Of a DNA stretch of 64,000 nt, positions 8,944 through 18,549 are shown one piece after another. Origin of the DNA: an uncultured Actinomycetes bacterium (GTDB taxonomy: Bacteria; Actinomycetota; UBA4738; HRBIN12). Numbering within the stretch: position 1 is the stretch's first letter; every line of letters starts with the position of its first letter. The translations under genes were made by a program, and so were the position numbers. The notes under the pieces are model-generated. The model saw only the letters and a list, made by a program, of their open reading frames with translations, had not been told where the DNA came from and did not search any database. The stretch is from NCBI GenBank assembly GCA_963728735.1, contig CAVSLX010000009.1, positions 11,190 through 75,189 of the forward strand. Reading direction: 5' to 3'.

Positions 8944-10213
8944 TCAGCCTTCGTCCGGCGCGGGGCTCGCGGCGCCGCCGCGGGGCACGACCTCGAGGAA
9001 CTCGAAGAGCGCGCCGTCCGGATACGCGTCCTCGCCCGCCCATCGGAACCCCCACGCCGTCATCGTCTCTTTCACCCTCGCGTCGAGCAGGGGTGGGTTC
9101 CCCGGCTGGTTGAGCGCGATGTTCACGCGGATCGCCGCGCCCCACAGGGCCGCCGGGAGGGTCCCCTGCGGAAGATCGGGTGCCCAGGTGTCGTCGAAAC
9201 ACGGTCCGATGTCGCCGAGCGACGCCTCGAGCGTGAGGTCGGTCATGGCCTTCTTGAGCTGCTGCAGCATCTTGCGATGGCACTCGACGGCGCCCAGCCG
9301 CGGAAGCTCGCGCAGGTCGAGCTCGTCCTCGATCCAGCCCTGGTCGATGTTGAGCGTGTCACGCTCGATCGGGTCCGGATACGCCGTGAACTCGCCGAAC
9401 CGGTGTTTCAGGACGATCGGGGGTGCGGATCGGTCGTGCGCCCTGAGGAACTCGACGTCGCCGGGGCGCCGAACCTCCACCGCGGGATCACGCTCCTGCC
9501 GGCCGAAGAGATCGAGGAGGTTTTCGGTGAGTCTCGCGATGGGAGGATCGGCACCGGCGCGCAGCCGCAGGAGCGCGTAGCGAGGGAGGCCGGCGCCGAT
9601 CCGCTCGGCGGTCAGGCGGGGCACCAACACTTCGTAGGCGCCCATGAGCACGTCCGGAAGGGTGCCCGACGACCTCGAGGTCGAGCCCCGGGTCGACGGT
9701 GAGGGTCGCGCCCACGCCGAGACCGCGGAGCTTCGCCGACGATGTCGAAAGGATCGCCTGTCCCGGCTCGAGCCCCGCGAGCAGGTCGCGCCCCTCGCCG
9801 CTCGGCAGGAACGAGGCGAACGCCTGCGGATCCGTGCCCGTGACCTCGAGCGGCACCATGTACGGCGGGTCGGGGTCGTCGACGACGTCGCCGTCGGCAT
9901 CGGTCGAGCGGGTCAACCACGCGACGCCGGCCGTTGCCACCACCGCCCGTTTCACCGCCCCGATGGTCGTGAGCTCCTCGGCGAAGGTCTCTGGGAACCC
10001 GCCCGGAACCCAGACGAGGTAGGCCCGGGGCGTCTCGGCGACCGGGGCGAGGCCGTCACCTGGGCTCGCGCTCGGATCGGGGCTCGCCGACGCGCCGGCG
10101 CCGCCGTCGCCGCCGATCGAGCCGACGGCGAGGACGACCCCGCTCCCGAGGACGAACGTCAACAGGAACGCGGTGATCCCGCGTTCCAGTGCTCGGCGTA
10201 CGATCGGATCCAC
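8944..10213 (-). CDS. M15-like peptidase paralogue lacking catalytic residues (one apparent frameshift near 9667)
   Basis: ORF 9488-10213 (N-half) and ORF ending 8944 (C-half) align along the paralogue at 12054-13394. Confidence 0.8.
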
Positions 10214-10301
10214 GCGCTCCCTCCGGCCGCGCCGAGTCTATGACGCGCCTCGGTGGATGCCCCGGAAGGGATCGGCGGGCGCGGCCCGGGAGCGCCGGAG
10301 C

Positions 10302-10565
10302 TCAGCCGGAGGCGGCCGGGTGGGCCAGGAGTCCGATGAGCCTTTCGGCCCGGTCGGCGGCGTCGCGGGGAAGGCCGGCCGAGACGGCGCGGGCGATCGC
10401 GCGGAGCTCGCGCTCGACCGTGGGGTTGACGCGGTCGCCTCGTGAGCGGACGAGCGGATCGAGGGCCTCGACTGCCCGATCGAGCCTGCGGACCGCCACC
10501 TGGTGCGGGTCGGCGGGCGGCTCGCGCCGCTGCCGGAACTCCTCGAGCGAGACCACATCACCCAT
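10302..10565 (-). CDS. Hypothetical protein, 87 aa
   Basis: MGDVVSLEEFRQRR...; TACGGT -10 element 7 nt before ATG (leaderless); fills an intergenic gap. Confidence 0.7.
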   Translation of the reverse strand: MGDVVSLEEFRQRREPPADPHQVAVRRLDRAVEALDPLVRSRGDRVNPTVERELRAIARAVSAGLPRDAADRAERLIGLLAHPAASG

Positions 10566-10665
10566 TGACCGCACCGTACACCTGGGCGCCGACACGCCCG
10601 GGGAGGCCGCCCCGAGGACCCGCCACACGGTCGGCCATGCCTGCTCGTGCGGGCGTGACGACCGA

Positions 10666-11731
10666 TCAGGCGACGCGGACGCTCGTGACCGGGGCGAGCC
10701 GTTCGGCCGCCGTGAACCACGTCTTCCCGGCATCGCCCGAGCCGTAGACCGCGCCCGAGGTCGCGCCGAAGTAGAGCTGGAGCTCGTCCCCCGCCGGCGG
10801 CGCCGAAGGCCTGCCGGTAGATCGTGAGCCACGTATCGGATTGCGGGAGCCCCTTCGAGCGCGCGGTCCACGTCGACCCGGCGTCGCGGGTCTCGTAGAC
10901 GCGCAGCTTCCCCTCCGGCGTGACGCGGTCGAGATCGGCCACGAGCGGGATCACGAACGCGCTGTCGGGATCGTCCGGATCGATCGCGATCGGGAACCCG
11001 AAGCCGCTCGGCAGGCCCTCGGCGATGTCGTTCCACGTGGCGCCCTCGTCGTCGCTGCGATACACGCTTCCGTGGAACTGCAGGAACAGTCGTTCCGGCC
11101 GCCCCGGGGACCGATCCATGTTGTGCACGCAGAGGGCGTTCGTGCGCTCGCGTTGCTCCTCGGGCACGTAGAGGGGCACGAGGCCGGGATAGCCGGTGCG
11201 CCAGGTCTCGCCGCCGTCCTCGGTGAGCCACACACCCGCCGCCGACACGCCGACGGCGAGGCGTTGCGGATCCCCGGGCCATGGACAGATCGAGTGCAGC
11301 GCGAGCCCGCCCGCGCCCGGGTTCCACTCGCCGGCCTCGCGCTCCTTCCACAGGGACTCGTTCAGCGTCCAGGTCTCACCGCCGTCGGTCGAGACGAACA
11401 GCGACGCGGGAGCGACCCCCGCGTACAGCAGGCCGTCGGCCTCGCCGGGCTCGATCCGCCATATCCGCTCCACGGTCGTGTCGCCGCCTTCGGGGAACGC
11501 CGGACCGGTGGCCTGCTGCCAGTCGCCCAGGGGATCGCCGTCGGTGAACATCACCCGGGGTCCGTAGAAGCCGCTCGTGACGCTCGCGAACGTGCGTCCG
11601 GTCCGTGGGTCGCGTACGGCGTATTCGACGACGTCGCCGGGGAACGCCCGACCGGCGACGGTGAACGCCGTTCCGCGTTCGCCCCGCAGGACGAACAGCC
11701 CCTTCTTCGTGCCGACGAGCAGCTCGGTCAT
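10666..11731 (-). CDS. BNR/Asp-box beta-propeller protein (exo-alpha-sialidase-like); frameshift near 10790
   Basis: LLVGTKKG start, repeated SxDGGxTW/SDDEGATW Asp-boxes, PSGFGFP; C-terminus LYFGATSG...SGDAGKTW in a shifted frame. Confidence 0.88.
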
Positions 11732-11994
11732 GCCGATCCTCCCGCGATCGAGGGGAGCACGTGCATCCGGTCCTCCGGCGCGACCGCCGCGTCCTCGCGG
11801 ACGCGCTCCCCATTCACGAACACGTTGACGTGCTGCCGCACGCGCCCCTGGTCGTCGAGCACCCAGCCCACCGTCTTGGGCCACTCGCGCTCGAGCGCGC
11901 GGATCACCTCGCCGACCGTGCCGCCCTCGAGCGGCACGTCGGCGTTGCCACCGGCCAGGTCCTTGAGCGGCGCGCGGAGCGTCACGAGCGGCAT
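11728..11994 (-). CDS. MoaD/ThiS family ubiquitin-like sulfur carrier
   Basis: TVGEVIRAL, HVNVFVNGE, LPSIAGG-SA C-terminus; ATGA overlap with the downstream gene. Confidence 0.88.
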   Translation of the reverse strand: MPLVTLRAPLKDLAGGNADVPLEGGTVGEVIRALEREWPKTVGWVLDDQGRVRQHVNVFVNGERVREDAAVAPEDRMHVLPSIAGGSA

Positions 11995-12053
11995 CGCGAC
12001 GAGCCTACTCCGGCCGCCGGCCAGCGGCCCGGGCGATCCGCCGACGCGGCCGG

Positions 12054-13394
12054 CTACCCCGGCGGCCGGTCGCCGGGCTGGCCCCAGTATTCGAAATGGT
12101 GGCCATCGGGCGTGAGGAAGTCCCCGCCCCAGTTGAAGCCCTGGCGCTCGAACGCGTCGACCATCCGCAGGTCCATCGTGGGGGGCTGGCCGTAGGGGTT
12201 CGTCGGCGCGTTGATGTCGATCGCGGCGCCGTAGGAGTGGTAGGAGGGCGGCGCGGTGGGGCTCCGCGCGATCGTCCTGGCGACCCAGCAACCGGAGTAG
12301 ACCTCGACGAGCGATCCGAGGCCCTGCGCCTGGAGGTCCTCGAGCGCTGCGACGAGCGGCGGGAAGAGCTTGCGGTGACACGTGACGCGGCCGAGGAGCG
12401 GCACGGTCTTGGTCACGATGTTCTCCTCGACCCAGCGTGGATCGAGATCGAGGTACACCCCTCCGGGTTCCACGATCGCCGAGAATTCCCCGAAGACCTG
12501 CTTCATCACGATCACCGGCCTCACCCCGCTCGCCACGCGCACGTACGGAGTCGAACCTGGCGCGTCGACCCGGATGGGCGTGCCCGCCGGCACCATCGAG
12601 CCGATCCGCTTCGAGAACGCGGCCTCGGTGAGGGCGTCGTTGCCCGTGAGGGCGAGCATGTACCGGTCGTGGTTGATCCCGAGGCCGCGGCCGACCGTGC
12701 GGCTCACGAGCATCTCGCTCCACCCGACCGCGTCGTCCGGCACGACCGCGCCGACGACGAGCCGCTGCGCGCCGAACTCGAGGGCGCCGCCCACGCCGAG
12801 CCTTCGCAGCGCCGTGCTCGACTCGCCGAGCACCGCTTCGCCGCGCCGGAGCGCGTCGACGAGCTCGGTGCTCACGGGGTCCGAGACGAACGGGGCGTAG
12901 GCGCCTGGATCGACGGCGAACGCATCGATCGGGATCCGGTACGGAGGCGTCGGACGATCGACCACGCGACCGTCGGCGTCGCGGGAGGCGGTGAGCCAGA
13001 GCGTCTCTCCGGCGACGACGACCGTCTCCCGGAACCCCTGCATCTCCCGCGAGGCGGCGCGGAAGGACGGTGCGAACCCCCCCGATACCCACGTGAGCCA
13101 CGCCGGCGGCGCGACGTACGGCTCGGTGGCGACCGGGGGCGGATCGGGCTCGTCCGTCCGGTCGTCCCCGCCCGGCGGGTCGGCCGGGTCGCTCGATGCC
13201 GCCGCCGTCGGTTCGATGTCGACGGCTCGATCCCGGTCGCGCGGTCTCGCCGGGGCGTCGTCGACCCGGGGGAGCGCGACGGCCGCGATGCCGGCGAGCA
13301 TGAGCACGCCCACGAGGGCGACGACCTGCCGGCGGCGGGCGGCCCGCTGCCGTGGCGTTCGGGGGCGTCTCGTGCGTGGGGGAGTGGTCGTCAT
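12054..13394 (-). CDS. Membrane-anchored M15 family metallopeptidase
   Basis: N-terminal TM, Pro-rich linker, C-terminal R...SYHSYGAAIDIN...WGGDF...DGHHFE zinc motif. Confidence 0.9.
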   Translation of the reverse strand: MTTTPPRTRRPRTPRQRAARRRQVVALVGVLMLAGIAAVALPRVDDAPARPRDRDRAVDIEPTAAASSDPADPPGGDDRTDEPDPPPVATEPYVAPPAWLTWVSGGFAPSFRAASREMQGFRETVVVAGETLWLTASRDADGRVVDRPTPPYRIPIDAFAVDPGAYAPFVSDPVSTELVDALRRGEAVLGESSTALRRLGVGGALEFGAQRLVVGAVVPDDAVGWSEMLVSRTVGRGLGINHDRYMLALTGNDALTEAAFSKRIGSMVPAGTPIRVDAPGSTPYVRVASGVRPVIVMKQVFGEFSAIVEPGGVYLDLDPRWVEENIVTKTVPLLGRVTCHRKLFPPLVAALEDLQAQGLGSLVEVYSGCWVARTIARSPTAPPSYHSYGAAIDINAPTNPYGQPPTMDLRMVDAFERQGFNWGGDFLTPDGHHFEYWGQPGDRPPG

Positions 13395-13614
13395 GGCGAT
13401 CGCGGGAGGCGCCCGAGCGATCGGGCGAAACCCCACGATAGGACAGCCCGCGAGGTCCGTTCGTTCCGCGACGTGCCATCTGGTCCCGCCCGGTCGCGTG
13501 TCAAGCCCCAGCAGTGGTCAGAGGGAGCGAGGTCAAGGTTCGGAACGAACGACCGATGCTCCTACAAGGAACCCCTGGTCCCGCCCATGGATCGACCCGA
13601 AGGAAGCCGACCGC

Positions 13615-14463
13615 TTGGACCCTGTCTCGAACCCCCGTCGACCGGCGCCTTCGTTCCTGCGGCCCCTCCGCCGGTTCACGTCGCTGCTCGTCCTCGTCGC
13701 GTTGACGACGACGACCGGCGCCGCGGACGCACCGCCGGGCGTATCTCCGGGGATCTGGATCGCGACCCGCGCCAACGTCGAGACCCTCGAGTCGCTCGAC
13801 CCGGATCTCACCGCCCTGTTCTTCGACGAGTCCGATGCGCTCGTGCTCGACGGCTGGGGCGGCGCGACGACGGCGATGGGCTGGGCGAGCGTGGCGGAAT
13901 TCGAGAGCGACCTGGCGGCAGGCGCCATCCCCGGCTCGGTGCAGCTCGTGATGTACGACCCTGAGGCCTGGTCCCACACGCCGCTGTGGGAACAGCAGGA
14001 CCCGGCGACGTGGATGCGCCGCTTCGGGTTCCTCGCGCAGAGCGCCGGCTACCGCGTGATGATGACGCCGCACCCCAGCCTCGTGACCGTGCCCGGAGCC
14101 GTCTGTGCAAAGGGCGAGACCGAACGAGTGGTCGCGGCCTTCCTGCGCTGCCGGATCGCCGAGGTTGCCGGGGAGACCGCCGACGTGGTCGACCTGCAGC
14201 TGCAGGCTCTGCAGAAGGACCCGGTCGAGTACGGTCACGCGTTCGCGGCCGCGGCCGCACAGGTGCGAGCTGCGGACCCCGACGTCGAGGTGCTCGCCCA
14301 CCTCACGACGGCGCTCGCGCCGGACACGATGGTCCTGTTCTCCGCCTGGCAGGCGGTCAGCGACGTGGCCGACGGCGCCTACTTGGGCATGCCCGGTCGG
14401 AAACGGCCGAAGGTTGCGCTCGGCTTCTTGCGCATGGTCTCGATCACGTCCGGGCCCGCCTAG
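13615..14463 (+). CDS. Secreted hypothetical protein, possibly a glycoside-hydrolase-like barrel
   Basis: AAGGAAG then TTG; hydrophobic signal segment; VMYDPEAW motif; fold assignment is speculative. Confidence 0.6.
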   Translation: MDPVSNPRRPAPSFLRPLRRFTSLLVLVALTTTTGAADAPPGVSPGIWIATRANVETLESLDPDLTALFFDESDALVLDGWGGATTAMGWASVAEFESDLAAGAIPGSVQLVMYDPEAWSHTPLWEQQDPATWMRRFGFLAQSAGYRVMMTPHPSLVTVPGAVCAKGETERVVAAFLRCRIAEVAGETADVVDLQLQALQKDPVEYGHAFAAAAAQVRAADPDVEVLAHLTTALAPDTMVLFSAWQAVSDVADGAYLGMPGRKRPKVALGFLRMVSITSGPA

Positions 14464-14822
14464 GACGCGGCGCCGGGCGGATCTCGTTCCACGTTCTCCT
14501 GTTCCAGTTCCAAGGTGATGTGACCTGGTCCCTTGAGGTACGCCACCCGCACCCCCCAGCTCCGATCTGCCGGCTCCTCGATCACTTCGGCGCCGCGGCC
14601 GACGACCGTTCGGAAGTCGGCATCGCAGTCGGTGGTCGCGTAGCCGATCGTCGTGACGGTCTCTTCGTCCTCGTTCTGGTCGAGGACCAGGAGGATCGGT
14701 CCGAACGGAAGGACGGCCATGCGTTCTCCCCGATACGTGGGTTCGGCAGCCCACACCCGGGCGAACCAGGCCAACGCGCCGCCCAGGTCTTGGACGAACA
14801 CGTGGAAGTGGTTGCCCTCCAT
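14460..14822 (-). CDS. VOC/glyoxalase family protein
   Basis: HFHVFVQDL, EEPADRSWGVRVAYLKGPGHITLEL; AGAAGG upstream. Confidence 0.85.
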   Translation of the reverse strand: MEGNHFHVFVQDLGGALAWFARVWAAEPTYRGERMAVLPFGPILLVLDQNEDEETVTTIGYATTDCDADFRTVVGRGAEVIEEPADRSWGVRVAYLKGPGHITLELEQENVERDPPGAAS

Positions 14823-15023
14823 CCCACCTTCTCCTTGTGAAGAGGATCCTGGACACGCGCACGCTTCCCGTCAATCGTGCGCCGACCTGCCTCGCCCAGT
14901 CGATCTGAGGAGCTGCCGGTTCGTCAGGGACGATCGAGCGTCCATGATCGTCACGATGTTCGCGTTCGGCGGCATGATGAGGTCGTGGGATGTCCCCAGA
15001 TCGTTTCCCGGCATCTCAGGGCC

Positions 15024-15491
15024 ATGAAGATGCTTCGCGCCGTCGCGAGCCTGATGGTGCTCGTTTCATCGTGTACCGGGACGAAGGAACCAGCTCCTCC
15101 TCCAACCGGTCCGGCCGGTACTAGCTCGCTCGAGTCACTCCAACCGGTCACCGACGTCGCGTCGTTCGTCGCGGCTCTCGAAGCGGCCGGGCACACCGTC
15201 CGCGCGGGGAGGATCAAGGAGTGATCCGGATTCGAGGGCTTCGGCGTCCCCGGCCGGCGCGTCTCCCTCGACGGCGTTCGGGTCTGGGCGTTCGAGTACC
15301 CGTCGATCGCGGCCTTCGACAGGTTGCGTTCGTCGATCAGCAAATCCGGTCATACGGTCGGGAACGTCATGATCGACTGGGCTCCCCACATCTACGGCGC
15401 CGGCCGGCTGATCGTCGTGCACGCCGGGAATCGGCGAGGCACGATCCGGACTCTCGATCAGCTGCTTGGCCCACCGTTCGCCGGCGCGTAG
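15024..15491 (+). pseudogene. Lipoprotein gene interrupted by one in-frame TGA (15222-15224)
   Basis: MKMLRAVASLMVLVSSC lipobox; the frame continues sensibly after the TGA (SGFEGFGVPG...VWAFEY...PHIYGAGRLIVV...LLGPPFAGA) to TAG 15489-15491. Confidence 0.65.
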
Positions 15492-15521
15492 TCGATCCGT
15501 GGTCGTCGGTGGTGGGTTCGG

Positions 15522-15827
15522 CTACGAGGTGAAGTCGACGATGCCGGCGCCTCGGCAAAGCAGCGCTTGGACCGGGAAGTATGCGCCCGTGGCGTCGGCG
15601 CTGAAGTCAACGTACGCGAGCGGGGTTCCCCTTGCGTCCGTGACGAGAACGATGTCTTCGAGGCTTCCGGTCACAGGAACGAAGCGCAATGTCATTTCCG
15701 GACCGAGGCCGCGGGCGTTCCGACGGACCCACGCGACCGGGTCCCCGACGTAGCCGCGCGGATCCGGCCCGTAGTCCCATGCAGCTTCCTCGGGACCATG
15801 ACCGTTCGGGCAGAAGGACGTATCCAC
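15522..15827 (-). CDS. Hypothetical protein or gene remnant
   Basis: Plausible amino-acid composition, no clear RBS. Confidence 0.4.
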   Translation of the reverse strand: MDTSFCPNGHGPEEAAWDYGPDPRGYVGDPVAWVRRNARGLGPEMTLRFVPVTGSLEDIVLVTDARGTPLAYVDFSADATGAYFPVQALLCRGAGIVDFTS

Positions 15828-15955
15828 GCGATAGCACCGTTGTCGGCCCCGCGTGTAAGGTGACGAAGGCCGTGCGGCGCGATCTCCTTCGGGTTCTGAC
15901 GGCTGAGTCCGGCGTCCGTGCAGACGTCGTACGACAGTTCCACGAGCGCGGCGAT

Positions 15956-16717
15956 ATGGACTACGACACCGAACTGCGGTTGCTCAACGAGGCGTTGCGG
16001 CGTGCCTACGACATCGACCGCCACGATCACGTCCTCGACGTCGGCTGCGGAGCCGGACAGACGACCCGAGAGGCCGCGCGCCTGGCCGCCGAAGGCGACG
16101 CTCTCGGGGTCGACGTGTCCGCGGATGCGATCGCTCGCGCCCGCGACCTCGCTGAGGCAGAAGGGATCCGCAACGTGACGTTCGAGCATGCCGACGCGCA
16201 AGTTCATCCCTTCCCCGCAGTGCGTTTCGACCTCGCCATCAGCAGGTTCGGGGTGATGTTCTTCGGCGACCCCGTTGCCGCGTTCGCCAATATCGGGCGG
16301 GCGCTGCGGCCCGCCGGCCGGCTGGTGATGATGGTCTTTCAGGGGCACGAACGGAACGAATGGTCGCTGGCCATCGAGGAGACGCTGAGAGGCTTCAGCG
16401 ACGCGCCGGCCTGGGAGACACTCGATCCGTTCTCTCTGGCCGATCCGGCGACGGTTGAGAGCATCCTCGATGCGGCGGGCTTCACGGACGCAACCTTCAC
16501 CGACGTCCACCGACCCATGCACTTCGGTCCGGACGTCGCTGCCGCGCTCGAGTGGGTCGGCGGCTTCTCGTACACGAGAGAGGTGCTTGCGCGTTTGGAC
16601 GGCGCATCGGCCGAGCGGGCGCTCGGGCGTCTCCGAGAGACGATCGAAGCGCACGCGAGCACGGACGGTGTCTGGTTCGACTCGCGAGCCTGGATCGTGA
16701 ACGCGCGTCGTCGCTGA
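15956..16717 (+). CDS. Class I SAM-dependent methyltransferase
   Basis: VLDVGCGAG, FDLAISRFGVMFFGDP, LRPAGRL. Confidence 0.9.
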   Translation: MDYDTELRLLNEALRRAYDIDRHDHVLDVGCGAGQTTREAARLAAEGDALGVDVSADAIARARDLAEAEGIRNVTFEHADAQVHPFPAVRFDLAISRFGVMFFGDPVAAFANIGRALRPAGRLVMMVFQGHERNEWSLAIEETLRGFSDAPAWETLDPFSLADPATVESILDAAGFTDATFTDVHRPMHFGPDVAAALEWVGGFSYTREVLARLDGASAERALGRLRETIEAHASTDGVWFDSRAWIVNARRR

Positions 16718-16929
16718 GCGGGATGACGCACAGGTCACTTCTCGAACGCTCACAGTACGCACCACACATCGGGATCGCGATCCTCGACGAGTAGCCGGCC
16801 AGGTCCGGCCGCCGACTACACGAGCGAGCCAGCGGAGCCCGTTCCCGCGCGCGAAGGAGGCGCTCACCGGCTAGCGGTGTCGGTGCGCCTCGGCTAGCGT
16901 GGGTGCCTCACTGCGACGAGGAGGGCGCC

Positions 16930-17658
16930 ATGAATCCACCGGTCGATGAACGCGAGGCACGGATCGAGTTGGCGGCGGCGTTCCGCATCGCGGTGCAGTT
17001 CGATTTCCACGAGGGCATCTCGAACCACTTCTCGATGCTCGTGCCGGGACGCGAGGACAGGTTCCTGATCAATCCGTTCGGACTGCACTTCTCCGAGATC
17101 ACGGCCTCGTCCCTGGCCGTCGTCGACGTCGACGGGACGCCGATCAGCGGCATCGCACCGGACACCGGGATCGGCATCCACGCTCCGATCCATCGCCTGT
17201 GCCCCCAGGCGACGGTCGTCCTGCACACGCATCAGCCGTGGACGACCGCGCTCGCGATGCAGGACGAGCTGCACCTCGCGCCGATCAGCCAAACGTCCCT
17301 GCAGTTCACCGGCCGTGTCACGTACGACGAGCGGTACGAGGGTCTGGCCGACCTCGACGAGGGAGAGCGGCTCGCGAAGGTGCTCGGCGAGCACGACGTC
17401 ATGTTCCTGCGTCACCACGGGATCCTGGTCGCGGGGCGGGAGCTCGGCGCGGCGATGGACGACCTCTACATGCTCGAGAAGGCCGCGCAGCTCCAGGTGC
17501 TGGCGTCGGGGCTCGGTGCCCCCACGCCGATCCGCGCCGAGACGATCGAGCGAACCCGCAGCCAGTTCACCGGCAACGGGATGCTCGAGTGGGGCCGCTT
17601 GCACTGGGCTGCGCTGCTGCGCATGGTCGAGAAGACGGAGCCGGACTTCAAAGAGTGA
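16930..17658 (+). CDS. Class II aldolase/adducin family protein
   Basis: EGISNHFS, FLINPFGLHFSEITAS, IHAPIH, VLHTH, LRHHG. Confidence 0.92.
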   Translation: MNPPVDEREARIELAAAFRIAVQFDFHEGISNHFSMLVPGREDRFLINPFGLHFSEITASSLAVVDVDGTPISGIAPDTGIGIHAPIHRLCPQATVVLHTHQPWTTALAMQDELHLAPISQTSLQFTGRVTYDERYEGLADLDEGERLAKVLGEHDVMFLRHHGILVAGRELGAAMDDLYMLEKAAQLQVLASGLGAPTPIRAETIERTRSQFTGNGMLEWGRLHWAALLRMVEKTEPDFKE

Positions 17659-17774
17659 CCGGACCACCCGGATGACCCTCTCCCGATCCGTCCGAGCTGA
17701 AGGTAGTCATCGATCCCACGGCGCGTGGGGCCCCCAGAATGCACATCAGTTCGCATCTGCGGTCTTCCGCTCGG

Positions 17775-18282
17775 TCATGGCGAACCCGTCGACGGGACCG
17801 CCTCGATCGTCGCAAGGACGTTCTCTGAACGCACTCGGTGTGCTTGGATGCCCGAGGTTCCCTGAAGCATCAGCTCGAGGCGGTACGTCGTGCCAGCCGC
17901 AAGACCATTCGCCCGCCAACGGATGGTCACAGCGGATGGATCTGTCAGGTCCGGGAGCGCCTGGGCACCCGGTTGAAGTCGTCGGGGGGTTTCGCTTCCG
18001 GTCGAGAGCAGGGCCTGGATGCTCGCGCTCTCATCCTTGCTCGTTCGGTAACTGAGCGTGACCGTCACGATCACGTTGTATTCGGGTCCGACGTCGTTGA
18101 ACGCGAACTCGTGACCCAACGGGCTCACGTTGCAGAAATCGAGGCCGCAGACTTCGCCAGGGCCGATATCAGTAACGAAGGTGGTACGTGCATACGGTGA
18201 GCTCGTCTGGGCGATCGAGATCCGCAGCCACGAAGAGACCACAAGCACGCAAAGCACGACAAACCGCCAGCGCTCGCTTCAC
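17775..18282 (-). CDS. Secreted hypothetical protein (possible 5' frameshift)
   Basis: AAGGAGG then GTG 18282; main ORF 17775-18257 with a hydrophobic N-terminus; lower GC. Confidence 0.5.
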
Positions 18283-18456
18283 TTCCGCCTCCTTGCTCGT
18301 GAGATCGGCTTTGGGAACCTCACCCTAGGCGTCGTTCCCATCAAGGGTGTTTCGGTCCCCCGCGTCTTGTCGACCCGGTCGGCCGGGCCGTTCCAGGAAA
18401 TCGGCCGGCCTGGGGATGGTTCCGATCGAGGAGGACCGGTAGCGTTCTCGGTGCCG

Positions 18457-18524
18457 GAAGCGACGCAGTTTCCCCCTCCGCCCGGCGATCCCCTCTCCCT
18501 CAGGTTTCCCCGCTGCGCGGCTTC
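18457..18524 (+). promoter_or_regulatory. Structured C-rich 5' leader of the Tad operon
   Basis: TAGCGT -10 element at 18440; GAAGCGACGCAG/CTGCGCGGCTTC stem enclosing three C-rich tracts; SD GGAGGA at 18540. Confidence 0.45.
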
Positions 18525-18549
18525 TTCGCGGATACGGACGGAGGAACGG

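Noticed and set aside
13400-13600. c-di-AMP (ydaO) riboswitch upstream of the M15 gene
   Set aside because: The characteristic GCCGAATC / GGAACxGGGG / CCCGTCAGCTAAC segments are not seen on either strand.
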